A stretch of DNA of 14,982 nt from Methanomicrobiales archaeon (GTDB lineage Archaea; Halobacteriota; Methanomicrobia; Methanomicrobiales; Methanospirillaceae): contig JBAXJR010000052.1 in the NCBI GenBank assembly GCA_037137755.1, positions 1 to 14,982 of the forward strand, written 5' to 3'. This document shows positions 1 through 7,771 of the stretch, in pieces. The translations under genes were made by a program, and so were the position numbers. The first letter of the stretch is position 1; each line of letters opens with the position of its first letter. The notes beneath the pieces were generated by a model. It saw only the letters and a program-made list of their open reading frames with translations, did not search any database and was not told where the DNA came from.

Positions 1-2
1 GG

Positions 3-416
3 GTAGACACCTCTACGGGATTCGTGGTTGCATGCCTCATGTTGTTCGGCTTCGGGATGGGACTTATGCTCACACCGGTATCCAATATGATCATGAACTC
101 GGTAGCGAGGAACTACCAGGGAATGGTCTCCGGCCTCATCATTGTCGAACGGTTTGCACCGATGTCCATGGGAATCGCTTTATTCAACCTCGTTTTCATG
201 CAGGGGATCATTACGGTTGCCACTCACAACGAGATTACGCGGACAGCCCCTGTGAATATTCAGATTGAGACCCTCATGGCAGGTTTCGACCTGGCCTTTA
301 TCTTTGCGTTCCTGGTCGGGGTCATCATCCTGGTCCTTGCAATCGTCGCACGACAGGAGACGCATCCCGACTACCAGAAGGGTGCTGACGAGCCACTCAC
401 CCCGCCCACGTTATAG
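3..416 (+). CDS. MFS transporter, C-terminal part (DHA2/EmrB-QacA-like); 5'-partial
   Basis: The frame is open from the window edge. It has several hydrophobic helices and the MFS signature LFGFGMGLMLTPVSNMIMNSVARNYQGMVSG. A final helix (GFDLAFIFAFLVGVIILVLAIVA) follows a loop, as in 14-TMS DHA2 exporters. Confidence 0.85.
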   Translation, partial: VDTSTGFVVACLMLFGFGMGLMLTPVSNMIMNSVARNYQGMVSGLIIVERFAPMSMGIALFNLVFMQGIITVATHNEITRTAPVNIQIETLMAGFDLAFIFAFLVGVIILVLAIVARQETHPDYQKGADEPLTPPTL

Positions 417-492
417 GTGGGGAAATCGCCTGACATCACCTTTCAATCCCGGGATTACCGGGAGGACGTTTGGCGGAATTTGCCTGGACATC

Positions 493-1425
493 CTAAAATG
501 GCGTATCGCTCCCACTGTAGCATTCTATGGAATACTCAGAAAAGAGGTCTTCAATTTGCCTGAGATCGGTACTATCAGGGGGTTTTACTTCCCTGCAACC
601 ATACGCTCTCCCAAGAAGACCGTATTTTGATATCCCAAGGTGATGGAGGGGTAGCAGGTTTACTTCATGTTTACCCGTTTCTGCAATAAATTCCGCAGTT
701 GCCAGGATATTTTCCCTTGAATCATTATATCCGGGGATTACCGGTACCCGGAATATCAGCCGGCCCTCCCAGGATGTCGCCATTTTTTTTGCGTTTTCAA
801 GGATGAGCCGGTTGGAAATTCCGGTACCGGCCCTATGCCGATCATCGTTCATGCACTTGAGGTCGAAAAAAACCCAGTCAAGGTAACCGAGGAGTGCATC
901 GAAGTGCTCCCAGGGGGCGTGACCGGATGTCTCCATCGCCGTATGGATATACGAATCAAAGCACCGGGAAAGGAATTTTTTTACAAATGGATATTGTTCC
1001 ATCGGTTCTCCCCCGGATACGGTAACCCCTCCCCCGCTTCCCCAGTACGGGCGGTCCCTCTGTATCTTTTTCATAAGGTCCTCTACCGTTATGAAAAACC
1101 CGTTTACCTGGAGAGCACGGTAATTACAGGCACGGACACAAGTAAAATCGGTACACAGGCTGCAATACTCTCTATGGATTGTAACCGGCAATCCGTCCCC
1201 CGTGATCGTAAGAGCATGGTCCTGGCAGGAGGAAACACATGAATAATTTTTTTCGCACTGGTCCCGGTAATACATCAACTCCCGGTGCGGGTCCTGGCCC
1301 TCGGGATTTGCACACCACCGGCATCTCAACGGGCATCCTTTTACAAAGACAACGGTCCTGGAGCCGGGCCCGTCATGGAATGAAAAACCCTGGAGATCGA
1401 AAAGCAGGCCTGTTTCATCATTCAT
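493..1425 (-). CDS. hpdA: Glycyl-radical enzyme activating enzyme (radical SAM), 4-hydroxyphenylacetate decarboxylase activase
   Basis: N-terminal FSFHDGPGSRTVVFVKGCPLRCRWCANPE carries the CxxxCxxC motif. A ferredoxin-like Cys insert (CxxNxxCxxxC...CxxCx4CxxxC), GVTVSGGEP, HTAMETSG and RVPVIPGYND follow. It is the third gene of the operon. The likely start is ATG 1425, overlapping the hpdC 3' end; the ORF track extends to 1434. Confidence 0.92.
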   Translation of the reverse strand: MNDETGLLFDLQGFSFHDGPGSRTVVFVKGCPLRCRWCANPEGQDPHRELMYYRDQCEKNYSCVSSCQDHALTITGDGLPVTIHREYCSLCTDFTCVRACNYRALQVNGFFITVEDLMKKIQRDRPYWGSGGGVTVSGGEPMEQYPFVKKFLSRCFDSYIHTAMETSGHAPWEHFDALLGYLDWVFFDLKCMNDDRHRAGTGISNRLILENAKKMATSWEGRLIFRVPVIPGYNDSRENILATAEFIAETGKHEVNLLPLHHLGISKYGLLGRAYGCREVKPPDSTDLRQIEDLFSEYSIECYSGSDTPF

Positions 1426-1687
1426 CCGGTGCAACTTCCCATTCGAAATCCTCGCATGTTTTTGCTATCATATCAGGATACGCCAGATATTTCCCCCTGC
1501 AGGTCCCCGGTTCTCCATCGGACTCATGGTAGGAGGTACAGTACTTACATTTTTTTACCGGCAAGAACTGCTCGCACGCTTCTGCATCCGAAATTGTTTC
1601 ATCCTTTTTCACCCGGCACATCCCCCGGAATACGTCTATCTGGATATACTCCCGGCAGTCCTGGTGGCATGGGGCCTTCATCTTCAT
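1418..1687 (-). CDS. hpdC: 4-hydroxyphenylacetate decarboxylase small subunit (2x[4Fe-4S])
   Basis: 89 aa with a duplicated ligand pattern H8-x2-C11-x12-C24-x13-C38 / C47-x2-C50-x12-C63-x14-C78, typical of HpdC/CsdC. It has an ATGA overlap with the hpdB stop (1684-1687) and a GAGGAG RBS upstream. Confidence 0.9.
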   Translation of the reverse strand: MKMKAPCHQDCREYIQIDVFRGMCRVKKDETISDAEACEQFLPVKKCKYCTSYHESDGEPGTCRGKYLAYPDMIAKTCEDFEWEVAPDE

Positions 1688-4374
1688 GGGATCTCCTCGT
1701 ATTCCGTTCTGGCAATAATCTCGTCCTGGATCGGTTTCCCAAGTTCAACCCAGTACTGGGTAAATCCGGCGACCCGTACCATCAGTCCACGGTAGTGTTC
1801 CGGGTGAATTTGTGCTTCCCTGAGGACTTTGGAGTCAACTACGTTGAATTGTATATGGAACCCACCCCGTCTCATGTATGCCCTGATAAATTCGAGGAAC
1901 TTCCGTGCCCCTTCACGGCCTTTAATTACAGATGGGTGGATTTTTACATTCAGCTGGGAGTTCTGTGATTTGGCATGGTCCCAGCATGTTGCAGAATTAC
2001 ATAATGCATAGGGCCCGTTCCGGTCTGTTCCCGGGTATGCTGACAGGGAAGCGTCCGCGTAGGCCGTTCCTTCAAGGCGCCCGTCTGGACCTGCAAGGGT
2101 TACGGCACCCATGGGACCGTGGGTGGAGACCGAGATCTGGCACGCATAGAGTGGTTTCTCATAAAGGGACACAAATTCATGGCACACGGTACAGAACCAG
2201 TCTTCCCAGTCCGCAAGGATACTATCTACATACGGGTCATCATTCCCGTATTTCGGGGCATCGTGGCATAAGGTATGGACCCTGGCGTAGGTACTGGCAT
2301 CAGGTCTCTTTTTCTGGTCAGATAGTGAATAGGAACCGGTCTCTTCGGCGGTATGGTAACCAAAATTATTCAGGAGCACCGACCTTAAGTCGTCAAGCGT
2401 GAAGTTCTTCTCCTCGAAAATATTCTTTTTAATGGACGCCAGGGAGTTAACAAGATTAATACCCCCTGATACCTCGACGTTGAACGTCGTGTTGTACCGC
2501 GACCCCATTTCCCCGATATGCTTTCCTTTTGTAAGGCAATCCGGTTTCAGTACTGAATTGATGACCGGGGGCGTAATCTTTCTCCATGCATCGTGCTGGA
2601 TATTGTTACACCTGCAGAGAATATCGACGGTCTTTCTGAAGTGGTCCTGAAAGGTATCCATGAGATCGTCATACGTCTCTATCGGTTTTTTCCGGGGTGG
2701 GAAAATTCTCTGGCCCGTACGCATGTCCATTCCATCGAAGAGCATCACTTCCAGGAGCTTGGGGAGACCGATGAAATGCACACCGACGGATGTCGCTGCA
2801 CCCGCCCCCCCTGGCAGGTAGTACGTGTGGGCACCAAGCCGTAACGGCATCCAGTTACCTGCCGAGGTTTCAAGACATCCGCCAATTGCCCACGCCCGTG
2901 CTTCCTGCGGGGTCATTCCTTCAGGGCCATAGTTATTCTGGATAAACTCCATGGCTACGCGGTTGTTTACCCAGGCAGGATATCCGGTCCCGGTTTTTGT
3001 GCATTCGATGCCTTTTAACAGGAACTCTTCCGGCAACTTTTCATCGTAGAGCAGGGTCAGCGTTGGCTGGGGGGTGGAACAGGTCATGGCAGATTCAAGG
3101 ATCAGCATTTCCAGTTCGTTTTCCGCATTTGCTCCGTTTTTGTCAAGACCCCCAAGGCAGAGATTATTAAACGTGTTGCTGGAAAGGACACCCCCGATTA
3201 CCCCGGTTGACGCAAAACAATCCAGTTCGGTGAATTTTAACCGCATGCATTCAAGAAGTTCGATGGTGCTTTCCCGCGTGATTGTCCCGTTATCCATGTC
3301 CTGTTTCCACCATGGATACAATACCTGGCCTAGCCGGCCCGGTGAGAGACCGGATATGCAGTCTTCATTCAGCACGGCAATATGAAATGTCCAGCATAAC
3401 TGGAGGGCTTCCCGGAATGAACGGGGCGGGTGAGAGGATATCCAGGTAAGGGTCTCTGCGATTTCGGTATATTCCCGCCTCAATTCTTCATCGCGTTCCT
3501 TTTCTGCAAGTTCCCGGGCTTCCTGTGCATAATTCAGGATCCATTTCTTAATACCCTCAAGTGCGATACATGATGCCTGGTAGAAATAGAGGCGGTCCAT
3601 ACCCGGGTGCCCGGCAACTTCCGCAATTTTTCCTTTGCACCAGGTGATGATGCCATCGATCCCGTACCGGAGAGGATAGTAATAATTTATCACTTCCCGC
3701 CCCTGCGGTAGGGTGAAACCGGAATCGAACAGGCAGATAAGCGAACGCATTATCGATTCTTTTTGTGGATAATCCGGGACGAGCATCTCGTATTTATGCC
3801 CGATATCCTCAACCGACTGGTGCTCCCACTTCCTCACGAGTGCCATGAGAATGGGAAGTTCTTCTCTTCTCATGCCAAATTTGCCTGCAATAGAGACGAC
3901 ATTGCCACTGCTTTTTGTGACATTGCCCCCGCCGGTTCCCATTTTTGTTACCTGGTCATTACTGAACTGGCCGGCTTCCAGTGCTTCCCGGTACAACTCG
4001 TCTTCTTTGTCCAGGAGAAAGAGCTCGGATAACCATGGCATCGGGTAAGAACCCCGGAGATAGCAGGTCCTCCTCATGACCAGCAGTTCCCGGGGAAAGA
4101 TGACGGGGGTCAGGTGTGAAAATGCTGATTTCAGGGCCTCTGCCCTTCGTATTATCGGAATTTCTCCTTCCAGTTCCATCCACCGGCGGGTGTACCAGTA
4201 CGGAAACTCCATGGAAACTGAAGATTTTGATCCGAGGTAGAGGTCCCTGAGTGTCCCGGCCCGCATCGTTGGCTCCTTTGCTACCTCCCGGCCAACAGCA
4301 GGACCTGGTTTATGCTTATAATAATGGGCACTGTTTACGGGATTTTCCTGGTGTGAAGGTATACCGTCTGGCAT
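1684..4374 (-). CDS. hpdB: 4-hydroxyphenylacetate decarboxylase large (glycyl-radical) subunit
   Basis: 896 aa glycyl-radical enzyme with Gly loop RVAG870FTQYW and Cys loop GGC500LE502. S341-G342, F402, H533 and E634 lie at a constant -3 offset from S344/G345/F405/C503/E505/H536/E637/G873 of Clostridium scatologenes CsdB (numbering recalled, not aligned). It is followed by an HpdC-type small subunit and an activase. Confidence 0.92.
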   Translation of the reverse strand: MPDGIPSHQENPVNSAHYYKHKPGPAVGREVAKEPTMRAGTLRDLYLGSKSSVSMEFPYWYTRRWMELEGEIPIIRRAEALKSAFSHLTPVIFPRELLVMRRTCYLRGSYPMPWLSELFLLDKEDELYREALEAGQFSNDQVTKMGTGGGNVTKSSGNVVSIAGKFGMRREELPILMALVRKWEHQSVEDIGHKYEMLVPDYPQKESIMRSLICLFDSGFTLPQGREVINYYYPLRYGIDGIITWCKGKIAEVAGHPGMDRLYFYQASCIALEGIKKWILNYAQEARELAEKERDEELRREYTEIAETLTWISSHPPRSFREALQLCWTFHIAVLNEDCISGLSPGRLGQVLYPWWKQDMDNGTITRESTIELLECMRLKFTELDCFASTGVIGGVLSSNTFNNLCLGGLDKNGANAENELEMLILESAMTCSTPQPTLTLLYDEKLPEEFLLKGIECTKTGTGYPAWVNNRVAMEFIQNNYGPEGMTPQEARAWAIGGCLETSAGNWMPLRLGAHTYYLPGGAGAATSVGVHFIGLPKLLEVMLFDGMDMRTGQRIFPPRKKPIETYDDLMDTFQDHFRKTVDILCRCNNIQHDAWRKITPPVINSVLKPDCLTKGKHIGEMGSRYNTTFNVEVSGGINLVNSLASIKKNIFEEKNFTLDDLRSVLLNNFGYHTAEETGSYSLSDQKKRPDASTYARVHTLCHDAPKYGNDDPYVDSILADWEDWFCTVCHEFVSLYEKPLYACQISVSTHGPMGAVTLAGPDGRLEGTAYADASLSAYPGTDRNGPYALCNSATCWDHAKSQNSQLNVKIHPSVIKGREGARKFLEFIRAYMRRGGFHIQFNVVDSKVLREAQIHPEHYRGLMVRVAGFTQYWVELGKPIQDEIIARTEYEEIP

Positions 4375-4400
4375 GGGGAAAACCTAAAAAATTCTGCTCT

Positions 4401-4442
4401 TACTGGAGAATATATTCTGTCAGTATTAAAAAGTCACTTTAC
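4401..4442 (-). promoter_or_regulatory. Putative hpdBCA promoter with TATA-like box and palindromic operator(s)
   Basis: The minus strand has TTTTTAATA (4424-4432) about 50 nt upstream of the hpdB ATG. Immediately downstream is the palindrome TACTG-g-AGAATATATTCT-gt-CAGTA (4401-4425). An inverted repeat AAAAAG-tca-CTTT (4428-4440) overlaps the box. Confidence 0.5.
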
Positions 4443-4634
4443 CGGCCCTTTGACTAAAAACCCCGGTGCTTTCCGAATAGACCTCAAAATATTTTCCAGC
4501 CAGGTCGTTTTCCAGTTCTTTAAAGAAAGGGGACCGGTTTTCCAGTGAGAGGATACGAACGTGGAGGACTCCATTTCCTGCGGGATCCAGTAAACGGTTC
4601 AGGCAGTTATGAGACCGGCCGAAATTGCAGGGGA

Positions 4635-4727
4635 CATGCCACTTCAGAACCGGAAGATTTCCTTCGTCTTCGCGGAACGGGTGAATTCGTGGGCTTTAAT
4701 GGTTGCCCAGATAGGTGAAGGTCAGGA
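4635..4727 (+). repeat. Dispersed degenerate repeat, copy 1 (segments C+B)
   Basis: 4644-4706 aligns to 6354-6417 with 5 mismatches and 1 gap (TCAGAACCGGARGATTTCCTTCGTCTTCG...GGAACGGRTGAATTC.TGGGC.TTAATGGTTGC). Weaker similarity extends on both sides. Confidence 0.9.
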
Positions 4728-4818
4728 TAAATTATTGTTCAATTCCCGGTTCAAGCAGGATACAGGAGATGGTTTTGACGCAAAAAGGAATTAATGCACG
4801 AATACCGATCAGGTGCAT

Positions 4819-5043
4819 ATGAAATCGATCCATGTTCCCATCATTATTGAGACCGATGAGGATGGGATCTTCATCGTATCCTGCCCGCAGTTCAAGGGTT
4901 GCCATACCTATGTTAAAACCATCGATGAAGCGATTATCCGCATCAGGGAAGCTATCGAACTATGTATGGAAGATTCGCAATCCTCCGAAAATCTCAATAC
5001 TTTCGTTGGATTCCGCGAGGTTGAGATCACCAAGGACGCATAA
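4819..5043 (+). CDS. hicB: HicB-family antitoxin (short form, no DNA-binding domain)
   Basis: IIIETDEDGIFIVSCPQFKGCHTYVKTIDEAIIRIREAIEL matches the HicB partial RNase H fold. The usual Gly of TxGxT is Val (GTT, 4912-4914). It abuts a hicA-like frame. Alternative start is GTG 4813. Confidence 0.85.
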   Translation: MKSIHVPIIIETDEDGIFIVSCPQFKGCHTYVKTIDEAIIRIREAIELCMEDSQSSENLNTFVGFREVEITKDA

Positions 5044-5283
5044 ATGCTTCCTGTCATAAAGGGAAAAGATCTCGTTGCTTTTCTTGAAACGATTGGTTTT
5101 ATGGTCATTCGCCAGAAAGGGTCTCACGTACGGATGAAATCTGATGATGGCTGATATACCACCGTACCAGTTCAGAGTGGCGAAGAGGTCCCGGAGGGGC
5201 TGATGCGTAAAATTATCCGGGAAGATCTTGAAATGAATCTCGAAGATTTTACCGGAGCATATGGAACTTACAAGGGGCGTTAA
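5044..5283 (+). pseudogene. hicA: HicA-family mRNA interferase toxin, interrupted by an in-frame TGA
   Basis: Manual translation gives MLPVIKGKDLVAFLETIGFMVIRQKGSHVRMKSDDG*YTTVPVQSGEEVPEGLMRKIIREDLEM...KGR. The RQKGSH motif is intact. TGA at 5152-5154 sits where Arg (CGA) is expected, and VPxH is changed to VPVQ. Not in the ORF track. Confidence 0.88.
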
Positions 5284-5351
5284 ATATTCCAGGCGTAAGC
5301 CCACATTCCTGAAGTTCCCTTTCGGGGGAGATTTTTAGAAAGGTGAAACAA

Positions 5352-5565
5352 TTGCACAGATTCCTTATCGTTATCGAGAAAGCAGAGAACAATTATTCAG
5401 CATATTCCCCTGATCTTCCGGGATGTGTCGCAACAGTGCAACCCGGGAAGACGCAGAGGAGATGATGCATGAGGCGATTGAGCTCCCATGTCCGTGGACT
5501 CGTCGAAGACTGAAATGCCAGTTCCGGGATTTCATTCATCGGCCTCGTATGTAGCAGTACAGTAA
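5352..5565 (+). pseudogene. hicB: Second HicB-family antitoxin, frameshifted
   Basis: After an AGGTGA RBS (5341-5346) the reconstructed sequence is (M)HRFLIVIEKAENNYSAYSPDLPGCVAT[-1 at ~5436]ATREDAEEMMHEAIEL[+1 at ~5486]HVRGLVED[TGA/+1 at 5511]MPVP...SASYVAVQ*. The PDLPGCVATG-T-E-A HicB signature is recognisable across the shifts. Confidence 0.85.
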
Positions 5566-5656
5566 TAAAAGGTATTACGAGACGATTACGTCCTGGCAAT
5601 AACAATCACAGACCTATTTCTTTTTTCTCTAGGTAAAAAAAGCAGAAAAAATTTTA

Positions 5657-6118
5657 CTACTTCTGCCGGGTGAAGATCTGGATAAAGGCCCTTGCGGTAG
5701 GACCGTCTTCCCCGTACAGGAGATTCATACTATCAGGTCCGGTTAACCAGCCTGTGGAGTACCCCCTATCACTATCGGCCATAATCAATTCCCCGTTTGG
5801 CGAAATCGCCCCGGAGAAATTCTCGTAATACGTATTTCCATCCGGCTTGATGTACTCCTTGTGTCCGGCGAATGCATATCCCTGCTGCTCGGTAATGATG
5901 TATGTCCCGTTATGGTGGCTGAAGAACCCGGAGCCCTGGACATGCCCGGTAGTAAGGCCAGTCCATCGTCCGGTGAGATTCGGGATGCTTGCATTTGACG
6001 TCCCTCCGGATAAGCGGTCCTGCGGGGCTACGGATGGGGCGGCCGGCGGAGATGTGGACATACATCCCGAGACAAGGACCCCGATGATAATGAACAGGAT
6101 AATTACAGCGATCTTCAT
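5657..6118 (-). CDS. Putative lipoprotein of unknown function (beta-rich domain)
   Basis: MKIAVIILFIIIGVLVSG-C signal with a lipobox-like SGC, then a Pro/Ser/Ala linker, then IPNLTGRWTG and alternating beta-strand patterns. ATG 6118 is preferred over 6172. T-tracts follow the stop on the minus strand. Confidence 0.75.
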   Translation of the reverse strand: MKIAVIILFIIIGVLVSGCMSTSPPAAPSVAPQDRLSGGTSNASIPNLTGRWTGLTTGHVQGSGFFSHHNGTYIITEQQGYAFAGHKEYIKPDGNTYYENFSGAISPNGELIMADSDRGYSTGWLTGPDSMNLLYGEDGPTARAFIQIFTRQK

Positions 6119-6344
6119 GAATGGAGTCGTTATCACCCGAGAGCATAACGGTTGCGATCTGGTGTCAGGCATGGATAAGAGTAATTGGTTATCTTTTGTA
6201 TCAAGGCAATGAAGATTCGGTGCGCCGGCGTTTGGTGAACCAATGAGAATTTGCGGGATTATTGATTCACAAATTCAGTCATACAAAAAGATATAATTCC
6301 GGTCTCCAGATTTTTTTTAATACACGCTCAAACGCTTTCGGGTG

Positions 6345-6438
6345 CATGCAACATCAGAACCGGAGGATTTCCTTCGTCTTCGTGGGAACGGATGAATTCC
6401 TGGGCGTTAATGGTTGCGTTGACTGGTGAAGATAAGGA
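6345..6438 (+). repeat. Dispersed degenerate repeat, copy 2 (segments C+B)
   Basis: About 90% identical to copy 1 over 64 nt. Its 3' part (GGAACGGATGAATTCCTGGGCGTTAATGGTTGCGTTGACTGGTGAAG) also matches 8957-9003. Confidence 0.9.
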
Positions 6439-6691
6439 GATTCATCCTGGCGAAGAATCGGGGGGTCAATAGTCGGGGAATGTCAGATAGTAGGGTAAAA
6501 GGGGAATAAATGTAAGATAGAATACGGATGGAGTACATTGGTCTATATATCAGCTCTCGATGCAATGACCGATAATGTGTAGCCAGAATACGTGAATACC
6601 TATATATCATGCGGGGTTGCTATAACCAGTTCATATCATTTTTGGCAATACCGGTCATGGATGACGATTAAGAAAAGAGTCTGGTGAATTT

Positions 6692-6997
6692 TTGACAACT
6701 ACTGCATATTTAGTGAAAAAATTAGGTGTAATGAGTGTCGCAAATGTTGGATCAATTATTGGTATGATTTTCGGAATTATCCTTGGCCTGATAAATGCCA
6801 TTAATCTTGTTCCGGCCTCTTCAATACCCGGTGATTCAATTGTCCTGGGTTTGAGTTCCGGCATTATGACGTTTTTGATAAATGTTATCATGGGTATATT
6901 TTTCGGGTTCCTCGGAGGTGCGATCATTGCATTCATTTACAATTTCGCATTCAGTAAGAAGGGTGGCATCGAGGTAGACCTCGAGTTCAGGGAATAA
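6692..6997 (+). CDS. Small two-TM membrane protein, DUF3566-like
   Basis: TTG start preceded by GGTGA (6683-6687). The pattern VKKLGVMSV - TM - TM ending AFIYN...GGIEVDLE resembles the DUF3566 family. Confidence 0.65.
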   Translation: MTTTAYLVKKLGVMSVANVGSIIGMIFGIILGLINAINLVPASSIPGDSIVLGLSSGIMTFLINVIMGIFFGFLGGAIIAFIYNFAFSKKGGIEVDLEFRE

Positions 6998-7169
6998 TAA
7001 CATTGTTCACTCTTTTGGAATCTTTGCATTTTGTTAAAAAAGGGCGATCTCCATAGACAAGTGAGGGTTTCACCCCACTCTCTGCCCAACCCCTGAAAAT
7101 ATATTCTGTGGGCAGGTTAAACCTGATGTATATGAGATTCAGAAAACGTCTCTTTCCCAAACGTGGGGG

Positions 7170-7326
7170 CTATTGGAGGGGCTAGATCGAAGATTCCCCA
7201 TGAATACAATCCCGGGTGTATGATGAGGCACAACGGGCCTGGGACGCCGAACGGGTGATTCGAAAAGCGGGGACCGGGCGACGTATGGAACCGGAAGATT
7301 TCCAATCGCTGCATTGATTGGCAGGA
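7170..7326 (+). repeat. Dispersed degenerate repeat, copy 3 (segment A + start of C + end of B)
   Basis: 7175-7258 matches 8884-8967 at 76/84 nt. GAACCGGAAGATTTCC (7288-7303) matches 4647-4662. GCATTGATTGGCAGGA (7311-7326) resembles the 3' end of copies 2 and 4. Confidence 0.88.
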
Positions 7327-7359
7327 ATTTTTGGTATTACTCTGCCAATCCAACCTTCT

Positions 7360-7509
7360 TCAATACGGGATAGGCGAATTCATTGGAGCATGAAGTGCTA
7401 CCTGCCTTATCGGGATTTCCACACCAAAATGCCATGCAACCGCAATTATTGTTCCAGCCAGCGAGAGTATCAACGAAAAGATAAGAAGAGATTTCAAAGC
7501 ATCATCCAT
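7360..7509 (-). CDS. 49-aa single-pass membrane micro-protein with LHAPMN motif (paralog 2)
   Basis: MDDALKSLLIFSLILSLAGTIIAVAWHFGVEIPIRQVALHAPMNSPIPY*. GAGGT RBS upstream and a TATTTAAT box at ~7545-7552. It is a clear paralog of 8441-8620 and is below the ORF-track size cutoff. Confidence 0.8.
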   Translation of the reverse strand: MDDALKSLLIFSLILSLAGTIIAVAWHFGVEIPIRQVALHAPMNSPIPY

Positions 7510-7771
7510 TTTCAATACCTCTGATAAAGTATGTCAATCATATCATTAAATAGACTCTGTTTTGAAAAACAAGGGTATTATTTCCAGCTCATTCTGAAAA
7601 GGTCCACCAGACCCGGCCGGTTCCAGGACCCCGACGCCCGGTTCCGGGCGCAGGTAAGTACCTGCCTCCTTATTCTTTTTTACGATTGCCATGGTACTGC
7701 CTGAAACTGTGCAAAAGGTGAACCTCCCGCCCGGTGCGGTACTGATTCTTCCACCGAGAACGCCTTCTTGT

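Noticed and set aside
1684-4374. Pyruvate formate-lyase, choline TMA-lyase, diol dehydratase or indoleacetate decarboxylase as alternative calls
   Set aside because: The single-Cys GGCLE loop, the His/Glu phenol-binding pair and the adjacent HpdC-type Fe-S subunit are specific to HPAD.
4439-4695. Startless minus-strand open frame (...LNRLLDPAGNGVLHVRILSLENRSPFFKELENDLAGKYFEVYSESTGVF...)
   Set aside because: It looks protein-like and may be a gene remnant, but it has no start codon, overlaps repeat copy 1 and matches no family I recognise.
5152-5154. In-frame TGA in hicA as selenocysteine or programmed readthrough
   Set aside because: The position corresponds to a non-catalytic Arg (DGR, CGA>TGA transition), and the neighbouring TA genes also carry lesions. 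Simple decay explains it.
4960-5605. Minus-strand ORFs 4960-5304 and 5393-5605
   Set aside because: They are antisense shadows of the hicA and second hicB pseudogenes.
7546-7692. Short minus-strand ORF MAIVKKNKEAGTYLRPEPG... (~48 aa)
   Set aside because: No RBS, motif or paralog support, and it runs into the promoter of the 7509 gene.
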